64,000 nucleotides of DNA from Eledone cirrhosa (lineage: Eukaryota), in contig OZ024755.1 in NCBI GenBank assembly GCA_964016885.1, forward strand, positions 43,276,001 to 43,340,000, written 5' to 3'. Under the pieces are notes generated by a model. It was not told where the DNA came from. It worked only from the letters and a program-made list of their open reading frames with translations, and searched no databases. Shown here piece by piece: positions 57,611 to 64,000 of this stretch (positions are counted from its first letter, which is position 1; the number at the start of each line of letters is the position of its first letter). A program made the position numbers and the translations under genes.

Positions 57611-57834
57611 CTCCCTGTGTATATATATATATGTGAATAAGATCAAGAAAAGCATGTTTTAATGATGTTTAGTGTGTCTTTTGACAGGTAATTCTAGGTA
57701 ATTATGAAGTAAGGCTGAACTGTGTCAACTTTGACTTAATGGATCAATTGAAGATAAATGAAAGCTCGTTAAAAATAAGTTGTTTCTATGACAGGGGTGA
57801 GAGGGGGGTGGGGGCACAACAGAGAAATGGGAAC

Positions 57835-57949
57835 AGAGAGTAACACAAGGAAGGAAGAGAGAGAGAAAGTGTGATAGAGAGAGAAAGAGAGAGAAAGTGA
57901 GAGAGAAAGTGTGTGATAGAGAGAGAGAAAGTGTGAGAGAGAGAGATAA

Positions 57950-57989
<40 letters not shown>

Positions 57990-58260
57990 TGTGTGTGTGT
58001 GAGAGAGAGAGATAAAGAATCGGGAAAGACAAGAACAAAGAGAAGAAAAGAAATAAGAAAGAATAATGAAGAGGGGGAGAGAAAGAAAGAGACACAATAA
58101 ACTGTAAACAAGAAGAATGAAAATAGAAAGAGAAAGAAGGGGGGATGTGTGAGAGAGAGGCGGGGGAGGAAAAGGTGAGAGAGAAAAGAATGAAGAGATA
58201 GTGAGAAGTAGGTTAGATAGAGAAAAAGAGAGAAAGGCAGTAAAATATAAAAGAAGGACA
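57835..58260. repeat. (GA)n microsatellite and purine-rich low-complexity tract
   Basis: Direct reading; pure GA run about 57952-57984. Confidence 0.93.
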
Positions 58261-58585
58261 GGGTGGGTGTAGTGTTGGAGGTTGAAATAATTGTTTAAGA
58301 TTACATGGTACAGTATGGCTAAGTGATCAGTGCGAAAGGGGAGAGGGTCAACTCACTGTCTATGAGGTTAGTAGATCATATTTTTCTAAGGGTCATTTTA
58401 TTTTCCATAGACAAGGTTGTGGTATTAAAGTTTCCTGTGTGGACATTAGTTTCCTATGGACATTAGTTACATATCGACAGATCATTGGCGTTGCAGAATT
58501 CTAGAAGCCTGTAACCTTCTTCATTATATATATAACCACCCCTCACACCTAAACACAGATGCATACCTGCATTCATGCATAATGG

Positions 58586-58970
58586 CACAAAACCAAACTG
58601 CATTTCATCTAGATCAATTCAATCTTTAGCACAACTAATCAGAGATCAAATTGATCTAGATGAAATGCAGTTTGGATTTGTGTCAGGTAAAGTACCACGG
58701 ATGCTCTTTTCCTTGTACGGCAACTACAGGAGAAGTACCTAGTTAAAAGTAAACCCCTCTACTTAGCTTTTGTTGACTTGGAGAAAGCCTTTATCTGGTG
58801 GGCCCTTAGGAAACTAGGAGTAGATGAATGGCTTGTGAGAGCTATACAAGCCATGTATAGAGAAACAGTCAACAAGGTTAGAATTAACAATGAATATAGT
58901 GAAGAATTTAGTGCAAAAGCTGGTGTTCATCAAGGCTCTGTCCTTAGCCCCCTCCTGTTTATTATTGCCC
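58586..58970 (+). mobile_element. Internal RTE RT fragment (same family as copy 1) with a 34-bp inverted duplication at its 5' end
   Basis: Encodes [66 protein letters not shown]; 58586-58619 is the reverse complement of 58649-58682 (1 mismatch). Confidence 0.88.
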
Positions 58971-59149
58971 TTTATTATCCCCCTTGTGAACTACCACACC
59001 AATCCCCCACTCATGAAATACTTTCTCATCCCGTCCCTCCACCACACCTGTCTTCTGATAATTATACTTATCCCCTCCTACCATTACACATGGCACTCCC
59101 CCATTTCTCAGGGAGGACACCTCAACCAAGTCTATGCTTCTACCACAAT

Positions 59150-59562
59150 AAAATGCATTCAGTACACTTGATAAAGAGCTTGATGTTAGGAAGGACTTCC
59201 AGCTGTAGAAACCATGCCACTAAAAAGAGTTGAGAAGACCTACCAGTCACATGGCAACCTTTGCAGTACTGGTGCCATGAAAAATACACCCAGTACACCC
59301 TACATGGTGGTTAGTGATAAGAATGGCATCCAGCTGTAGGAAGCTAAAGGGTCATGAGGACTGTTGTATGAAGGGCATAACAACTTCTCTAGTATGATAA
59401 ACACAGGCAGCATACTCTGTAAAGTGGTTAATGATAGGAAGGACATCCGGTCATAGAAATCCTGACAAAGGATTGGGAAGACTCTTCAGCTGTGTTAGAG
59501 ACATGACAACCTTCCTAGCACTGGTGTCATGTAAAAATGCACTCAGTGCACTTTGTAGAGTG
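59150..59562 (+). repeat. Three degenerate tandem copies of the SINE central module
   Basis: TAGGAAGG(G/A)CATCCAGCTGTAG-like motif near 59186, 59318 and 59435, with CTGGTGCCATG...CACCCAGTACAC-like segments; compare 51810-51887. Confidence 0.6.
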
Positions 59563-60765
59563 TGAGAACAAAAAGTTGGTCTTCTGCCTGAGAGGTCAGT
59601 AGCTCTAACTACTGACTTGGTCAGTAACAAGCCAACTGTAGGAGGGGAAATGGAAATTAAGTGATGATATATATACATATATAGTGTTCTTCATAAAACC
59701 ACTCAAACTGTGACACCAGTTTCATCTGGAATCCATCTATAAAAAAAATTCCATATTAAAATTATATTTCATCTTCCATTAGGAAACATTGAAAATGTTA
59801 GAAAATAAAGAAACACAAACAATTTACTTTCTAAATTATATTTATTGCTATGTTGAATATTGGATTCACTGGTGAAAGTTGTCAAGGTCTGTGTTGTGAT
59901 GAAAATAGTTGAACTTGTTAATGTGATGAGGACTTTATCAACAACCATGCCAACCTCCTATCTGGCCTAACCCAGAGCAAATGTTTATCAATACTAGACA
60001 CCTGCTGAATAATACGAATGTGTGTACGAATGTAAAAATATTTTCAAGTTCAAATTTTACCAAGGTTGGCTCAGTTATTAATTTTCTTCACAGAAGCAGA
60101 TTAAGGGGATAATAAATCTTAGTTTAAAGATGAATAAGGGTTCAAATTCCAGCCAGGTTGACATGGTCATTTATTTCTACAACAGACGAGCATTTGGAAT
60201 GATAAAATAAACAATATATATGGTGTTTTATTTGTTGTCTTCTTGTTGAACATTGGCTTTCATATTTATTGATCACCATAGAATCTTTTGACCAGACAGG
60301 ATGTGCTTTCCAAACTCCATAAAAAAAAAAACATTTCAGAAAAAGAACTTCTACATAGTTTGATTAGCTGAGCGTCACACCGAGAGGTATATTTTGACAA
60401 AGTTCATTCTGGTGCTATTAAGTTAGACATGGCCTGGGCCAATACTGGCCAAAACCTATCAAAGTCAACAGTCTTCAAGTTATGAAGTGAATGAGCCAAT
60501 CAGGAAATTCCTGTGTAGTTGGTATGAACCAAATGAGTCAACAAGGAAATTCTTATTATGTAGTAGGTTGAGATGCTAAATATAGCATTCAAATTTCCTT
60601 GAACATAAATTCCTTATTGTTTTTGTAATACAATATTTTACATATTACATTTTAGGACAATCACAACAAAACCAGAAACAAAAATGGAATAACTGAACAC
60701 AGCTACAAATGTAAATCAAATATTTCATTGGATCAGTTATTTTCTAGTTATACGTCAACTCAAGT

Positions 60766-60905
60766 AGGGGGGGGGGGGGCTCAACAATAACAGCAATAAC
60801 AATAAAAACACCTACAATGACGACAACAACAACAATGAGAACACCATCTACAATGATGACAACAACACTTATAATGATGACATGAATAACAGCAACAACA
60901 ACATG
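60766..60905. repeat. Poly-G followed by degenerate (AAC/AAT/GAC)n low-complexity tract
   Basis: Direct reading. Confidence 0.8.
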
Positions 60906-61345
60906 GTAAGAGATTGTGTAGTTGCGTGGAATGTTAGATGAAAATGAAGTAAGTTGAATTGGAATTTATCAGCAACATGGTTCCACAGACATCTTTCACT
61001 CTCACTGGCAGTGGAAGAGGAAGAAAGTTCCATTGAAAATAAAAGAAATGGTTTTCTTTTAAAAGTTGTTTAAGAATTGATACAGAGTTTACAAAACATT
61101 TCAGAAAGAGGGTAAAAAAAACTAAAAAAAAAAACAAATAAGAGGCTGATTGTTGGAACCAAGGAAACTAAGCTTCCATTGGTCTTTCCATTGATACTAT
61201 ATCCTGGTTACAACTCCTGGCAGAAATACAAGTTTAAATACTCCATTAAATATATAACTGGAAAAACATCTTGGACATTTTGTGGGAAGACAAGAAAAGG
61301 TGAAATGATGAGGTTTTTTTTAGTTTTTTTAAGAGGAAAACAGAA

Positions 61346-61520
61346 ATAATTGTTTCTACTTTAGGCACAAGGCCAGCAATTACCCAGTGCATTACTGGTA
61401 CTTTATTTTATCAACCCCATAAGGATGAAAGGCAAAGTCAACCTCGGCAGGATTTGAACTCAGACCGTAAAGGGACGTAACTATGCTGGAAAGCATGGCG
61501 TCCGACCCTCTACCGATACT
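61346..61520 (-). mobile_element. tRNA-derived SINE
   Basis: Minus strand has B-box GAGTTCAAATCC followed by GAGGTTGACTTTGCCTTTCATCCTTATGGGGTTGATAAAATAAAGTACCAG and a GTGCCTAAAGTAGAAACAATTATT end. Confidence 0.8.
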
Positions 61521-62599
61521 GAGTGGTCAAATGGAAATGTGAGAAGTCGAGGCGGTTGGAAGACTGTCAAATAAAGAATCTGTAGGAGAATCAATTGAAA
61601 TATATGAGCAAAGTGGTTTATGCTTTAATCCCTTCAATATTTTAGGGATATATAGATCCCAAAATAAAGTTTACATTCTACTGAATTCTCTTTCTAATAT
61701 TTATCATACTTTAGCAAGTTAAAAGACAGATACATATCTCACAATGCTTTGTATTAACTACAGTAAGTTGTTATTTGTCTTAATTGTATTGCTAATGTTA
61801 TACTGAGCAATGTGGATATTTGTGGGATAAAGATATCCCAGTTTATATTATTGTTTGGACAAAAGTGTCCCAGTGCATATTTCTTTAAAGTGCACATAAA
61901 AATACATGCTACTAGTTTAATTTATTCAAAATGACCTATCTTCAATTAAAAATAAACTATTTGTTGTTTAAAATCTGTATTGAAATGGTTAAGTTGAGGA
62001 CTTATTGAAAATAAAGTGGTGAAGATCTTTGATTATTAGAAAATGTTATGAAGAAGTAAAAAAGAAAATATTAGAATCCTTTCAGTCTCTCAATATATCA
62101 GATGCTGATAAAATCATCTGTTTAGCTGTTTTGTGCCTGAGATATATTTAATCTTTAGCATGCTAGTCATTTTTATGAGTTGTTTCCCTTGACATTGCAT
62201 TATCTATTAAGGGGAGATTACTCATATGGTGCACTTTGTCACCCACAGCATGCTGAAGGTTGAAGAAATCAGAATAATTTTTTAACAATAAAAAAAATAT
62301 TAAATGAAAAATTAAACTAAATTAAGCAATTTTCCTTTCATTAAATGATTCCAATTTCTGGTATCAGAAACAAGAACAACAACCATCTGGTTATTTCTCC
62401 TTTGTTGTTGCTGGTTTTAAAAGAGGGGAGGGGTAAAAAGTTAAGGAGTTGATTATGAGATTGCAACCAAGGGCTCTATGTTTCCTTCATCTTTCCAATG
62501 CTGGTCACAATTCCTGACTGAAGAAAGGGGCAGGATTGGAACTCCAGAACTCATAGCCAGATCAGCTACTACATGGTACATTTTTGCCAATTGCCCCCA

Positions 62600-62702
62600 C
62601 ACCAGAACTGGTACATAATAAACCTTAAAAAGGCAAAGTTGGCCTCAGTGGAATTTGAACTCAGAATTTAGAGAGCCAGCAGCGACACTCTGCCAATTCA
62701 CT
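62600..62702 (-). mobile_element. Degenerate SINE fragment, same family as 61346-61520
   Basis: AAAGGCAAAGTTGGCCTCAGTGGAATTTGAACTCAG on + matches 61428-61463. Confidence 0.65.
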
Positions 62703-62879
62703 AACAGACAAGAGTTCTTGTTAATTAGACTTTTATTGTTGTTGCAGTTGTTTTCATTTTTTCCTTTTTTTTTTTTTTTCATTTATATTTTGTAGTTAAT
62801 ATAAAACCAATTTAATCTTTGACCGAGTCAATTTTGGGAATGGTACCAATGTCTTAGAATCCAGAGGAATGGTTAGCAG

Positions 62880-62921
62880 TCAATATTTGGTGCCAGTTGC
62901 CACTTTGCTGGTGTAATATAC
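62880..62921 (-). CDS. Possible short terminal coding exon (VYYTSKVATGTKY* if phase 0); product unknown
   Basis: Minus strand has a T-rich tract ending TTGCAG immediately before 62921, followed by non-repetitive sequence; no homology recognised and phase unknown. Confidence 0.2.
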   Translation of the reverse strand, partial: VYYTSKVATGTKY

Positions 62922-63029
62922 CTGCAATAAAAAAATAAAAAAATATTACCAAGTTAAAATCATATTTGCTTAAACCGTTTGATAGCAAACGACTTGGGTG
63001 TAGGCATAAATCATATTACATTGTTTATT

Positions 63030-63257
63030 TTAACCCTTTAATGTTCAAACAGGCGAAAACCGGCCAGAATTCTCTACCTCTTTCTGTTGAAACTGGCTGT
63101 AACTGGTCACTCATACTAATGTTAAGGTATTGTTCTTAAAATAAATACTTTCAAAATCTTATAGATTCGATATTATGTGAGATAATTATGTGAGGTAAAG
63201 CATTTACCATGAAAATATAATAGTATATATAGAGTAATGTGAATGCTAAAGGGTTAA
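63030..63257. mobile_element. piggyBac-like MITE
   Basis: TTAA-CCCTTTAATGTTC at the left and GAATGCTAAAGGG-TTAA at the right: TTAA target duplication, CCC/GGG termini, 10/13 TIR match. Confidence 0.62.
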
Positions 63258-63609
63258 AGTGTTATATTTATCTAAAACCTTCCATTATGTAAGAAGGCCC
63301 CATTAAAGTATGCTCCAAACACCAACTTCATTATGAGAAGGTTTATTACAAGGGTCTGCTGACCAAGATACTCTCATGGAATGGCCAAATGAGGATTATT
63401 TTTTAACACAGTCCCTGGAAAGAAACAATGCAGTTATTAACAAGATTTTAAGTGAATGTATGCAAGATTTCACAGCTCTAGCATCATTACTTCATAGTCA
63501 GCCTATGAACCTTTCAGCCGACCCTGGTACTAAAGCTCGAGAATGAAGGAGTTATATTTGTTTGTGACTTCATTTGAAACTGTGTTGAAACTAATTACAT
63601 CATGGAAGC

Positions 63610-63665
63610 CTGTCTAACCCATGCTAGCGTGGAAGATAGACATTAAACGATGATGATGATGATGA
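63610..63665 (+). mobile_element. Isolated SINE/LINE 3' tail with (GAT)n
   Basis: GTCTAACCCATGCTAGCGTGGAAGATAGACATTAAACGATGATGATG matches the minus-strand end at 51982-52036. Confidence 0.75.
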
Positions 63666-63750
63666 AGAGTCATTTAAGCTATTCAAAAATAAACAAAAAA
63701 CTGAAATTCACTTTACATTTATAATTTATTTCCTGGTGTCAAAACCTCTG

Positions 63751-64000
63751 TTGCACTGTGGCCTGGTCATTGCACTTTGGCCTGGTCATTGCACTGTGGC
63801 CTGGTCATTGCACTGTGGACTGGTCATTGCACTGTAGCCTAGTCATTGCACTGTAGCCTAGTCATTGCACTGTGGCCTGGTCATTGCACTGTGGTCTGGT
63901 CATTGCAATGTGGCCTGGTCATTGCACTGTGGCTTGGTCATTTTACTGTGACATGGTCATTGCACTGTGGTCTGGTCATTGCACTGTGACCTGGTCATTG
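63751..64000 (+). repeat. 19-bp minisatellite TGCACTGTGGCCTGGTCAT, ~13 copies, runs off the right edge
   Basis: Direct reading; TGCAC recurs at 63752, 63771, 63790 and onward. Confidence 0.96.

Noticed and set aside
57376-58111. YIYI, CVCV, HTHT, LSLS and RERE ORFs
   Set aside because: Microsatellite translations.
60934-61137. 67-aa minus-strand ORF
   Set aside because: Phe/Leu-rich product of A-rich low-complexity DNA; no recognisable domain.

Overview
Eukaryotic, repeat-dominated DNA with no intact protein-coding gene. The SINE/RTE motifs and (TA)n density look cephalopod (octopus)-like, which is an inference only. Bases 1-48904 are one ~49-kb satellite of a 44-bp G/T-rich unit with kb-scale higher-order duplications; it folds back at 48905 into 8 inverted units. 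Bases 49.3-64 kb are AT-rich and hold decayed RTE-clade LINEs (with a PHD-type zinc finger inside the RT polypeptide), tRNA-derived SINEs, DNA-transposon ends and microsatellites. The main discovery lies at 49.5-57.1 kb: a dense cluster of short elements sitting in (TA)n tracts. Four sequence-unrelated families each fold into a minimal type I hammerhead ribozyme whose helix III is an 8-nt self-complementary sequence. Three of these lie in long near-perfect palindromes, so the ribozyme is on both strands. A fifth family (two copies) has a non-canonical hammerhead-like core. The families share a downstream ACTC...GAGTGCT stem. This architecture fits pseudo-LTRs of Penelope-like retroelements or non-autonomous ribozyme retroelements, but no Penelope RT/GIY-YIG ORF is visible. 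All folds and alignments were made by eye.
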